A DNA stretch of 64,000 nucleotides, from NCBI GenBank assembly GCA_046563655.1, contig CM102289.1, positions 10,106,001 to 10,170,000 on the forward strand. The letters run 5' to 3'. A model generated the notes under the pieces. That model had not been told where the DNA came from, did not search any database, and saw nothing but the letters and a program-made list of their open reading frames with translations. Origin of the DNA: Yuukianura sp. NJ FZ-2021. Its lineage: Eukaryota. Each line of letters starts with the position of its first letter. Position 1 is the stretch's first letter. Shown here one piece after another: positions 18,544-30,912 of this stretch. Made by a program: the position numbers and the translations under genes.

Positions 18544-18790
18544 ACTGCTCTCAACTATTTATGTGAATCTCGTCCCGGGTGCGGACCGAGAGAGCGAACA
18601 AGCTGCTTTGACAACTTTTGTTTTTGTCATTTCAACCTGACTTGGATTGCGCAAGTCAGGTTGAAGGCTAATCCTCGGAGAGCAACAGAAGCTGCTGACA
18701 GCTTATCTTAGCATTAGACACTGCGGAACTTTACACTTGAGACAAAGTGCGGGAACTCTTTTCAAAAAACAAAAGTCAAAATCAAAACAA
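18544..18790 (+). promoter_or_regulatory. Shared upstream element, copy B (upstream of PPWD1)
   Basis: Same ordered blocks as copies A and C. CTCTTTTC at 18756-18763 is ~130 bp before ATG 18888. Perfect 14-bp hairpin at 18631-18665. Confidence 0.75.
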
Positions 18791-18887
18791 AATAGAAATT
18801 AGAAGTTTAACTTCAATTTAAAGTTAAGCCTGATTGATTAAAGTTAATCATTGACTAATTTGTCAATTAAGTTTCAGTTTTTAGAAG

Positions 18888-21483
18888 ATGTCTGTCAAGG
18901 AAACGAGTAGTACGGAGAACCCGAAGAGACAGCGGTTAGAAGACGACCAGTCCGAAGCAACAATCACCGCAGAAGGTCAAGTGACTGATGAAAATGTGAG
19001 TAAAGGTCAAGAGTCTTCAGACGATGAGTTCATTGGACCTCAGCCAGTCACTGAACAGGATCCACACAAATCGGAAAAAGTCAAGCGGAAGAAAGGTCAG
19101 TCAAACAATGATAACATTTCAAAACAAATCCTAAGTGTCCGATTTTATTTTCAGTTCTTGCCTATGATAAGTTATACCTCGATAACCTTCCAGCTTCCAG
19201 ATGCAGACTACTACGAAAAGAGTTTTATGCATCGAGAGCCATTGTCTCACATAGCAGTTACAAAGCAAGTCAAATACATCTCAATCCCAAGTCATTCAAG
19301 GTTCAATTTTTATTAATAATTTGTTGTTTTTTTCAGAACTGACTTCCTCATTACTGCCAGTTGTGATGGTCACATCAAGTTCTGGAAAAAACAGGAATTG
19401 GGCATACAGTTTGTCAAACACTTTTGACCTCACTTAGGAAATATCCAAGACATTTCAGTCAACTGCAACTCTACCGGGACTCAGCCTCAATTCCCAATGA
19501 CAAAAGCCTCAAGGTCTTCGATGTTGTCAACTTCGGTAAGTTTCACTTTTACAACTTAGATTTCATGAAATTACTAGCATGCTAATGAAAGGTTTGTTTT
19601 GTAGATATGATCAACACGTTCAAATTGGACTTTGTACCGCAAGCATGCGAATGGATCCATCGTTCTGGAGATGCAGTTGTGCTCTGGCAGTGTATGATTT
19701 AAAGTCATTGATTTTATTACAAATTACTAGCTAATTCAATTAATACTAACCTAATTAATTAATTTCAAATGTTTCTAACCCTGTTCTAGGTCTGATGCTG
19801 ACTCCAATCTGATTCACTTTTTTGACGGACACGGAGGGAAGGAACCTCTGCGCATTCAGGATAAAATCCATAGTCTACCAGTGACTATCATCAAGTACGC
19901 TCCAAAGTTAGACGCCGTCAACTCCGGAGATGTCCAGGGAATGGTTGAGTACTGGACATGATCCAAGACAGAATTTGCATTCCCAGCCAACCTTCACTTA
20001 CGTTCCAAACTGGACACGGACTTGTTTGAATTTGTCTCCAACAAGTTGAAAGTCTGTTGCTTGGCAATTTCACCAAACGAAAAGTACTTTGCTACTCTCC
20101 TGATCGAAGAGTAAGTATCTAAATCCCTATCTTAATTATCTTATCGTAGACTTATCCTAATTATCTTGTTATCTTAGACTTAACTTTGTGATTATCTCTC
20201 CAGGTCTGTCTGTTCCACCTTCTGACTGGGAAGTTAGTTCGAGTATTTGACGAAGACTTGCCGCAGATTCTTGAGAATCAAGCCAAGGCTCAGCTGATCC
20301 CGAACATGGAATTCGGAAGACGCATGGCTGTGGAACGGGATTCAGAAAACAACAACGTTTTAAAAGAGACGAACATGCTGTTTGCCGACAGTTCCAACTT
20401 CCTCCTCTACCCCACCGTCCTTGGCATCAAAGTGGTCAACATCGTCACCAACAAGTTGGAACGTCTCATTGGGAACTCAGAAAACCTTCGATTCCTGCGT
20501 CTCGCTCTCTTTCAAGGGAAACCCAAGAAGAACCTTGGAGTTCCCACACTGGAGATGGAGTTCAAAATCCAGCACTGGGCTCTGTTCTTCCAGACCCAAC
20601 TCTTTTCTGCACAGCCTACAAGAAGAATCGCTTCTATCTCTTCTCGAGATGGAAGCATGAGTGAACAAGGATGTGTTCAACGAAAAACCAACCAAAGAAG
20701 ATATCATCTCTGCCACAGACACAGCTGGTAAGATAACATGAAGTGGAAAAAGCATTTATCTCAGCTTATCCTAACTTTATCTCAGGTTTATCCTAACCTT
20801 ATCTTTCTTTTTGAAGCTACTAAGAAGATTTTCGAGACTGCTGTGATGCACACGACGAAGGGTGACATTCATATCAAGCTGTTCGTGAAGGAGTGTCCCA
20901 AATCAGCTGAGAATTTTTGTGTGCATAGGTTAGACCTAACCTGCATGCGAAGAATGGGTACTACAATGGGAACATCTTCGATCACGTCATCAACTCTAAT
21001 TCATGATCCAAACAGGAGACCCTTCAGGTTCTAACTAAAAACTAAAACTAAAGTTACTGAAACGGAATTTGACCTGTGACCTTGAACTTTTGTTTGTCGT
21101 AGGAATTGGAACTGGTGGTGGAGAGAGTATTTGGGGAGGGAGTTCGAAGACGAGTTTCATCCAAGTTTAAGACATGATCGACCGTACACGCTGAGCATGG
21201 CCAATGCCGGTCCAAACACAAATGGATCCCAGTTCTTCATCAACATCACACCCACCGTAAAGTTATACACATCCACTTTTTTCAATTTTTCCATTTTAAA
21301 CAAGCGAAGGTGACTGATTGGTTGTTTATTTTTGGCTTAGCTTTGGCTGGACAACAAGCACACTATCTTTGGCAGAGTGACACGCGGAATGGAGACTGTC
21401 CAGTCCATCTCCCTCGTAAGACTAACTCCAAGACAGACAAGCCCTGCGACGACGTCTCCATCATCAACATCTCTCTCAAATAA
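18888..21483 (+). pseudogene. PPWD1: Peptidylprolyl isomerase domain and WD repeat-containing protein 1, disrupted intron-containing copy
   Basis: [51 protein letters not shown] and [23 protein letters not shown]. In-frame TGA at 19425-19427 and 19959-19961, several frameshifts, and a 20-bp insertion at ~20927. Confidence 0.92.
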
Positions 21484-22079
21484 AATGTCCAGTATTTTAC
21501 ACAAACTTTATTTCTGAACATCCTCATCAAAAAACGAAACACAAGAGATATGAATTAATTAATCGTTGTAGAATGGAGTGAGGTACAAAAAGTAACTAAA
21601 TTAGCGTTGACGCTAAAAAGTTGATGAGTTTTGAGACACTTCCGACACCGATTTAGGAATATGAAGACTATGCGCAGTCCATTGCGCAGAATGTAAAGAT
21701 TATTAAGCTTTAGTCATCGCTCCTGGAAGAAAAGAGAGGTCAAGGTCAGCATTTACCAAATGAAGCTTGCAGCTAGTTGGAAATTGTTAATTAGGTTAAG
21801 TTTGACCTAACCAAGTGTGTTGGTTGTGTTAAACTTGAGCCTAAAAAGCTTACGGTGGGGGATTACTTCGTTGATACTCAGGCAGGGAGGTTGTGTAGTC
21901 CCGCTTCGGCTGGAACAAGTCAGCTTCGTTTAGTACCATGTATCTGCATTTCCAATTTCAATTAATTATTAGTAATTTTCATCACTTTTACCATAAAAAA
22001 TTAAATGCCACTCTTTTCGTTGTGTAGAATCAAGTTTACTATGAAAAAATTGACTGTTTAGATTTTTCACTTCACCGAT

Positions 22080-22510
22080 TTTTTCACTAAAGATATGTTC
22101 ACACTCTGTCAAAAATTTGTCATTTGAGATTTTTTTGCACTAAAGTCGTATTTACACTGTGAAACAAAAATTTGAAATTTGAGATTTTATGCACTAAAGC
22201 CGTATTTCCACTGTGAAACAAAAATTTGAAATTTGAGATTTTATGCACTAAAGCCGTATTTACACTGTGAAACAAAAATTTGAAATTTGAGATTTTTTTT
22301 TCCACTAAAGGCATCTTCAAACAGTTACAAAAACAAAGTTGAGATTTTTTTTCACTAAAGGCATCGTCATACAGTTGCAAAAACAAGGTTGAGATTTTTT
22401 TCACTAAAGGCATCTTCATACAGTCACAAAAACAAAGTTGTCACTAAAGGCATCTTCATACAGTTACAAAAACAAAGTTGAGATTTTTTCACTAAAAGCA
22501 TCTACATACA
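22080..22510. repeat. Degenerate ~40-57-bp minisatellite (~9 units)
   Basis: CACTAAAG recurs at ~22085, 22138, 22192, 22246, 22303, 22353, 22402, 22442 and 22490. Confidence 0.8.
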
Positions 22511-22839
22511 GTGACAAAAGAAGTTAGTCTTCAGGACTTGGACCACAAAATGGAGGAACTTGGCCAAAAACTTACTCACAGGCCTGGTGACTATGTGCCA
22601 ATTGTAAGGTTTAACATTTATTTGGAAATACGTCGAAAACGATTGGAAATCGATACATTTTTGTTTGTTTTCAGTTTGAAGCAGCAGCAACGGAAGTTGC
22701 AGAGGAAGTCACTTATCCACCACCCTTCGGAAAAGAAATTGCCAACCCAATCCAGGTCATGCTATCGTCCTCCGCAAATTCATCCCAGTTTTGCTATGTC
22801 AAGGTAAGAAAAATTGCAATTAGTTCAATTGCTTCCAGA

Positions 22840-25800
22840 TTAACTTATGATGCCATCATACTAATGGACATTGGAATTTTTGAATTTCTTAACTTATGAT
22901 GTCTTCATACTAATGGAAATTAGAATTTTTGAATTTCTTAACTTATGTCTTCATACTAATGGAAATTAGAATTTTTGAATTTCTAAACTTATGATGTCTT
23001 CATACAAAATGGAAATTAGAATTTTTGAATTTCTTAACTTATGATGTATTCATACTAAATGGAAATTAGAATTTTTGAATTTCTTAACTTATGATGTTTT
23101 CATACTAAATGGAAATTAGAATTTTTGAATTTCTTAACTTATGATGTCTTCATACTAAATGGAAATTAGAATTTTTGAATTTCTTAACTTATGATGTCTT
23201 CATACACATCAAAATTGGAATTTTTGAATTTCTCAAGTTATGATGTCTTCATACAGATATTGGAATTTTTGAATTTCTCAAGTTGTGATGTCTTCATACA
23301 CATCAAAATTGGAATTTTTTAATTTCTCAACTTATGATGTCTTCATACACATCAAAATTGGAATTTTTTAATTTCTCAACTTATGATGTCTTCATACACA
23401 TCAAAATTGGAATTTTTTAATTTCTCAACTTATGATGTCTTCATACACATCAAAATTGAAATTTTTTAATTTCTCAACTTATGATGTCTTCATACACATC
23501 AAAATTGAAATTTTTTAATTTCTCAACTTATGATGTCTTCATACACATCAAAATTGAAATTTTTTAATTTCTCAACTTATGATGTCTTCATACACATCAA
23601 AATTGAAATTTTTTAATTTCTCAACTTATGATGTCTTCATACACATCAAAATTGAAATTTTTTAATTTCTCAACTTATGATGTCTTCATACACATCAAAA
23701 TTGAAATTTTTTAATTTCTCAACTTATGATGTCTTCATACACATCAAAATTGAAATTTTTTAATTTCTCAACTTATGATGTCTTCATACACATCAAAATT
23801 GGAATTTTTTAATATCTCAACTTATGATGTCTTCATACACATCAAAATTGGAATTTTTTAATATCTCAACTTATGATGTCTTCATACACATCAAAATTGG
23901 AATTTTTTAATATCTCAACTTATGATGTCTTCATACACATCAAAATTGGAATTTTTTAATTTCTCAACTTATGATGTCTTCATACACATCAAAATTGGAA
24001 TTTTTTAATTTCTCAACTTATGATGTCTTCATACACATCAAAATTGGAATTTTTTAATTTCTCAACTTATGATGTCTTCATACACATCAAAATTGGAATT
24101 TTTTAATTTCTCAACTTATGATGTCTTCATACACATCAAAATTGGAATTTTTTAATTTCTCAACTTATGATGTCTTCATACACATCAAAATTGGAATTTT
24201 TTAATTTCTCAACTTATGATGTCTTCACAGTGATGAAAATTGGAATTTTTTAATTTCTCAACTTATGATGTCTTCACAGTGATGAAAATTGGAATTTTTT
24301 AATTTCTCAACTTATGATGTCTTCACAGTGATGAAAATTGGAATTTTTTAATTTCTCAACTTATGATGTCTTCACAGTGATGAAAATTGGAATTTTTTAA
24401 TTTCTCAACTTATGATGTCTTCACACTGATGAAAATTGGAATTTTTTAATTTCTCAACTTATGATGTCTTCACAGTGATGAAAATTGGAATTTTTTAATT
24501 TCTCAACTTATGATGTCTTCACAGTGATGAAAATTGGAATTTTTTAATTTCTCAACTTATGATGTCTTCACAGTGATGAAAATTGGAATTTTTTAATTTC
24601 TCAACTTATGATGTCTTCACAGTGATGAAAATTGGAATTTTTTAATTTCTCAACTTATGATGTCTTCACAGTGATGAAAATTGGAATTTTTTAATTTCTC
24701 AACTTATGATGTCTTCACAGTGATGAAAATTGGAATTTTTTAATTTCTCAACTTATGATGTCTTCACAGTGATGAAAATTGGAATTTTTTAATTTCTCAA
24801 CTTATGATGTCTTCACAGTGATGAAAATTGGAATTTTTTAATTTCTCAACTTATGATGTCTTCACAGTGATGAAAATTGGAATTTTTTAATTTCTCAACT
24901 TATGATGTCTTCACAGTGATGAAAATTGGAATTTTTTAATTTCTCAACTTATGATGTCTTCACAGTGATGAAAATTGGAATTTTTTAATTTCTCAACTTA
25001 TGATGTCTTCACAGTGATGAAAATTGGAATTTTTTAATTTCTCAACTTATGATGTCTTCACAGTGATGAAAATTGGAATTTTTTAATTTCTCAACTTATG
25101 ATGTCTTCACAGTGATGAAAATTGGAATTTTTTAATTTCTCAACTTATGATGTCTTCACAGTGATGAAAATTGGAATTTTTTAATTTCTCAACTTATGAT
25201 GTCTTCACAGTGATGAAAATTGGAATTTTTTAATTTCTCAACTTATGATGTCTTCACAGTGATGAAAATTGGAATTTTTTAATTTCTCAACTTATGATGT
25301 CTTCACAGTGATGAAAATTGGAATTTTTTAATTTCTCAACTTATGATGTCTTCACAGTGATGAAAATTGGAATTTTTTAATTTCTCAACTTATGATGTCT
25401 TCACAGTGATGAAAATTGGAATTTTTTAATTTCTCAACTTATGATGTCTTCACAGTGATGAAAATTGGAATTTTTTAATTTCTCAACTTATGATGTCTTC
25501 ACAGTGATGAAAATTGGAATTTTTTAATTTCTCAACTTATGATGTCTTCACAGTGATGAAAATTGGAATTTTTTAATTTCTCAACTTATGATGTCTTCAC
25601 AGTGATGAAAATTGGAATTTTTTAATTTCTCAACTTATGATGTCTTCACAGTGATGAAAATTGGAATTTTTTAATTTCTCAACTTATGATGTCTTCACAG
25701 TGATGAAAATTGGAATTTTTTAATTTCTCAACTTATGATGTCTTCACAGTGATGAAAATTGGAATTTTTTAATTTCTCAACTTATGATGTCTTCACAGTG

Positions 25801-26917
25801 ATGAAAATTGGAATTTTTTAATTTCTCAACTTATGATGTCTTCACAGTGATGAAAATTGGAATTTTTTAATTTCTCAACTTATGATGTCTTCACAGTGAT
25901 GAAAATTGGAATTTTTTAATTTCTCAACTTATGATGTCTTCACAGTGATGAAAATTGGAATTTTTTAATTTCTCAACTTATGATGTCTTCACAGTGATGA
26001 AAATTGGAATTTTTTAATTTCTCAACTTATGATGTCTTCACAGTGATGAAAATTGGAATTTTTTAATTTCTCAACTTATGATGTCTTCACAGTGATGAAA
26101 ATTGGAATTTTTTAATTTCTCAACTTATGATGTCTTCACAGTGATGAAAATTGGAATTTTTTAATTTCTCAACTTATGATGTCTTCACAGTGATGAAAAT
26201 TGGAATTTTTTAATTTCTCAACTTATGATGTCTTCACAGTGATGAAAATTGGAATTTTTTAATTTCTCAACTTATGATGTCTTCACAGTGATGAAAATTG
26301 GAATTTTTTAATTTCTCAACTTATGATGTCTTCACAGTGATGAAAATTGGAATTTTTTAATTTCTCAACTTATGATGTCTTCACAGTGATGAAAATTGGA
26401 ATTTTTTAATTTCTCAACTTATGATGTCTTCACAGTGATGAAAATTGGAATTTTTTAATTTCTCAACTTATGATGTCTTCACAGTGATGAAAATTGGAAT
26501 TTTTTAATTTCTCAACTTATGATGTCTTCACAGTGATGAAAATTGGAATTTTTTAATTTCTCAACTTATGATGTCTTCACAGTGATGAAAATTGGAATTT
26601 TTTAATTTCTCAACTTATGATGTCTTCACAGTGATGAAAATTGGAATTTTTTAATTTCTCAACTTATGATGTCTTCACAGTGATGAAAATTGGAATTTTT
26701 TAATTTCTCAACTTATGATGTCTTCACAGTGATGAAAATTGGAATTTTTTAATTTCTCAACTTATGATGTCTTCACAGTGATGAAAATTGGAATTTTTTA
26801 ATTTCTCAACTTATGATGTCTTCACACTGATGAAAATTGGAAGTTCTGAATTTCTCAACTTATGATGTCTTCACACTGATGAAAATTGGAAGTTCTGAAT
26901 TTCTCAAGTTATGATGT
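22840..26917. repeat. 49-bp satellite array, ~83 units, in ordered variant blocks
   Basis: Unit AACTTATGATGTCTTCACAGTGATGAAAATTGGAATTTTTTAATTTCTC. Period 49 checked at 24241/24290. Confidence 0.97.
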
Positions 26918-26919
26918 TA

Positions 26920-27790
26920 GTTGCGACTCCAAACCCCTCAGTTTCAACTTAAAATGGAAGTCCATATAAGCCCTTCATTTCAACTCAAAATGGAAGTCTA
27001 AATTGGACCTAAAATGGGACTTCGAAATGGAAGCGACTCCAAACCCCTCAGTTTTAATTCAAAATTTAAGTTCAAGTAAGACTTAGCCCTTCATTTCAAC
27101 GTAAAATGAAAGTCAAAATGGGACTTCAAAATGGACGTCCAAAAGGGACTTCAAAATGGAAGTCGAAATGGGACTCCTAAAGGGGTTAGTTTCAACTCAA
27201 AATAGATTTCAAAATGGGACTCCAAAATGGACGTCCAATTAGGACTCCCAAAGGTGTTACTTTCAACTCAATACGGGATTCCAAAATGGAAGTCAAAATA
27301 AGACTCCAAAATGGAATTCAAAATAAGACTCCAAAATGGAACTCGAAATGGGACTCAGAAAGCTATTTCAACTCAAAATGGAAGTCCAATTGGGACTCCC
27401 AAATGGAAGTCCAAATGGGACTCCCAAATGGAAGTCCAAATGGGACTCCAAAATGGACGTCCAATTAGGACTCCCAAAGGGTTTATTTTTAACTCAAAAT
27501 CGGATTCCAAAATGGAAGTCAAAATGGGACTCCAAAATGGATGTCAAAATGGGACTCCAAAATGGATGTCAAAATGGGACTCCCAAAGCACTGTCCCAAT
27601 TTAAACTCCAAATGGAATCCTAAAGTCGACTCCCAATGCCCTCTCAATTTTATTCCCAAGTGGAAGTAGAAATTGGAGTCCGAAAGCACTGTCCCAATTT
27701 CAAACAAAATGAAGTCCAAATGGGACTTCAAAACGGAAGTCCAAATGGGACTCCAAACGTCTCAGTTTCAACTTAAAATGGAGGTCGAAA
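26920..27790. repeat. AAAATGGGACTCC / AAAATGGAAGTC (12-13-bp subunit) degenerate tandem repeat, copy 1
   Basis: Many alternating subunits; homologous to 45760-46680. Confidence 0.85.
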
Positions 27791-28020
27791 TAGGTGAAAA
27801 TAAATTTTTTAATTTTTAAATTTTTGGAAAAAAGTTTTTCTTTTAAGGTAATTACATACTGTAATGGAAGAATTAAATTTTTGAAAAAGTTTCTCTCTTA
27901 AGGTGATTACATACTCTGAGAATTATATTTTTGAAAAAGATTCCTTTTAAGGTGGTTACATACTGTGAGAATAAAATTTTTGAAAATGTTTCTTTCTTAA
28001 GGTGACTACATTCTCTGAGT
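27790..28020. repeat. ~50-bp minisatellite TTAAGGTGATTACATACT.TGAGAATAAAATTTTTGAAAA, 4-5 units (also at 46690-46950)
   Basis: TTAAGGTRRTTACAT recurs at ~27843, 27898, 27946 and 27997. Confidence 0.75.
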
Positions 28021-28432
28021 ATTAAACCTACGTTGCACCTATGTCTTAAACCTATGTCTACGTTTCACCAGGAAGGTCGATGGACTGGACGTGCAAATTT
28101 CGACTCAGAATACTGCGCACATCTTGAGTGAATGTCAAGGCGTCTAATACTTTAAGAAGGATGAGGAGGGTGGTAGCATCTGTGAACCAGGATTTGACCA
28201 GCATTGCAATGGCTACAGGCACAAACCACTAGTTAGTTAAATAGTCATTTGGACTGAATCAGCTGTTGAGGTTAAGTTAGCCGGGTAAGAGCGATAAGCT
28301 CCTGGTGAGTTGTCCAGAATAAATATGGAGTTGAGACCATTGGAAATGATGGACAGATCCTTCGAGGAGGAACCCAAGTGAAGAGTGCAGTGTTGTCGCT
28401 AGTATCTCGTCTCCAGGCTGGAGAATCTCCAG

Positions 28433-30827
28433 ATTTAGGTTTCGAATCGGTTTCAGTGTCATTGCCTTTGCTTCCTTTTTTTACTTTCTTCACCGCCAGC
28501 ATTCTCAGACTGTTCGCTGTTCTCTCCGTTGTTAGGCCCCGTTTGTGCTGGAATCTCCACTCCCTGTAAAATGAAATGTTTCCAATCTAATTCAAATGCA
28601 AAATCCCGCTTATTTCAAAATTAACCTGAAAATAACTTGCTAAAAGCTGATCCCAATTTAGACAGGGTATCCTCTTCTGGAGCAGCAACTGTTTCCAGTG
28701 TGGCGTTCTTCTTTAAAACAGATTCTACTAGTAGAGTGAGACTGATGATTCCATTTCCGTCCAAATTGTAATGTGCTTTGACGCCTTTCACTTCAATACC
28801 ATCGCCAATATTTTAACACCTTTCAGATTCACTTTGGTAATGTTAGGAGTCTCGGTGGCACTAAAAACAACAAAAATGGAAATCAGCTGATACTTAAATT
28901 AACAAATTAAAAGTAAATCTTACTTGGCTTCGTGTGCTGGAACTTGCAACTCGCCGTAGCTGACGTAGAAACTGAAATCGTCTACATGCTTGTTGAATGT
29001 TCATATCTTCTTCTGTGGATAAGGATTCATGTAAGAAAAGAGAGTTCGGCGAACAATCTTGACTGGCCGGGCGGCTCCATCTTCTCCGTCCAGTTCCCGC
29101 TCAAAATGGACCTGCAAAAGAAACATTTCATTTGATGACTAATTTCAGTGATTTGTTTTAAAAACTTACCAAAATGGGAAAGAGAACATCTTTGGTCAAA
29201 AACGTTTTGACTTTGAATCCAGATCTGAGATCAGCTGCTTTGTAAGCGCTAAACGGCGCCCATCACTGCAGCCTCGTCCGTGTTCAGACTCTTTTCTAAT
29301 CCTCGTTTCAAAACTTCAGTCAGTTTTTCCTGAACTTTTGGAATACACGTTCCAGCTCCAACTAAAATGACTTGGTCAATGAGTTCCCTTGTAATTCCAG
29401 CAGCTGTTAACGCTTGTTCAACTGGATAGTTGACACGTTCGGCGAGATCTGCACATAAACTCAAACTCGGCACGGGAAACGGGAGTTTTGAAGTCTTGCT
29501 CATCCAAATCACCTTCAACCTGTAATCAAAAAGTCAGCACATTTCAAACATCTTTTCAAAGTTTAGTTCTTTCGAAGTGTTTTCATATTTTCGTGGTTGA
29601 ATCATTCAAATGGTGACTTTAGCCTGCATGTAAAAGGAACCGAAGCGCATTCTATTACTTTTTCAGTTTGAACGGAATAACAAGTAAGGAAAAAGTTGCG
29701 GTTCGAAAATACTACAAAAGTAGTAAAAAAAATGAAGTAGAAACGTATAAAAAAAATTTTACCTGAGCGTAGTGATCAGCGTTAGCACTCAAAACGTTTT
29801 TGAGTCCTCCGGCTTCCTTGAACAATTTGGCCAGGGCATGGTGGTTAGTAAAAACATTAGTTTTGGTCTTCTTCAGGTCATTGAAAGCCTTGCCCAGAAA
29901 ATCCCTCAGCCGAAGTTGCATTTCCAGACCACATAGCGAATGATCGTATCTGACACCAAGTGAATCAGCTGATCAACTTATTTCTGAAAACATGATGTTC
30001 GATGTGTAATTTCAAATTCTAGACTTACCCAACACCAAGAATTGTCAACTGTGGATTAGTTTCAACTACTCCCTTCTCCTTACTTTTCGTCATCTGATAG
30101 CTGATTACAGTAGCCACTGTACTGGATGCTCACATGTCATACGAGGTGCTGGGAGTCTCGTTGAAGTCTTTTCGACAAAAAATACAATAGTTCAAAGCAC
30201 CTAACAACATTCAAGTGTATTAAAAACGACATTCCGACGAATAAAATTATCAAAATTCAAATATTTTGTGAGATATTACTGACCGTGGTTGCGTTTATGA
30301 GCTGAAGAACATTGATATCCGCCCATTCGGATGCGTGCAGAACTGCTCGTCTTTCGGCTTGGTTGAAATAAGGTGGAACGGTGATGAATGCTTCCTTGAC
30401 CGGTTGACTAGCAAAATCCTGAGCACAGTCACGCGCTTGGCTTAGAATCATTCCAAGGAGTTCCTCAGATGAATAAAATAATAAAAAGGTTCACTACAAA
30501 CAGATAAATCAGTAATATCATCAATCAGCTGTTATCGATTTAGGTTACGGTACCTGTCATGTTGAAAAAGAACTGTCCCTGAACCGTGAACCGTGGGACA
30601 GTGTCCCACGGTCAGGATCAGGAACTAAGTTGTAGTAAGGAAATCTCTTTTTGATAAAGCTCTACAATTGGATTATCAATCTTCTTTACCAAGAGATCCA
30701 AGAAGTAAACGTAAGCATTGGATGGGAAACGAACTACTACGTTCAGTGCATCGTCTCCAATGAGCCGCTCATTGTCACGGAACGATACGGTAACTGGTGT
30801 TTTCCGCTTTGACTTGGGCACTCCAGG
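28433..30827 (-). pseudogene. HYOU1: Hypoxia up-regulated protein 1 (GRP170, ER Hsp70-like) fragment, copy 1; 5'- and 3'-truncated, introns retained
   Basis: [95 protein letters not shown] and DTLSKLGSAFSKLFSG. No signal-peptide exon; stops and frameshifts. Confidence 0.92.
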
Positions 30828-30912
30828 CTATAATAAAACGTATTAAGAGTCCAGCATCCTCCTCCCCTTGTCCACTTCATCCGCAACTCCTGGTTTCAAA
30901 TTCACAACTTAA

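Noticed and set aside
21600..21945. Minus-strand exon-like fragments downstream of PPWD1
   Set aside because: Splice-like signals are present, but the peptide is unrecognised and contains a stop; insufficient for a call.
22840..26917. CRISPR-like regular repeats
   Set aside because: Units are head-to-tail with no unique spacers, and the context is eukaryotic with no cas genes; this is a satellite.
27214..27731. ORFs with repetitive KWDSKMEV/QNG peptides (also 45659-46265)
   Set aside because: Translations of a 12-13-bp tandem repeat; open in several frames with no coding signal.
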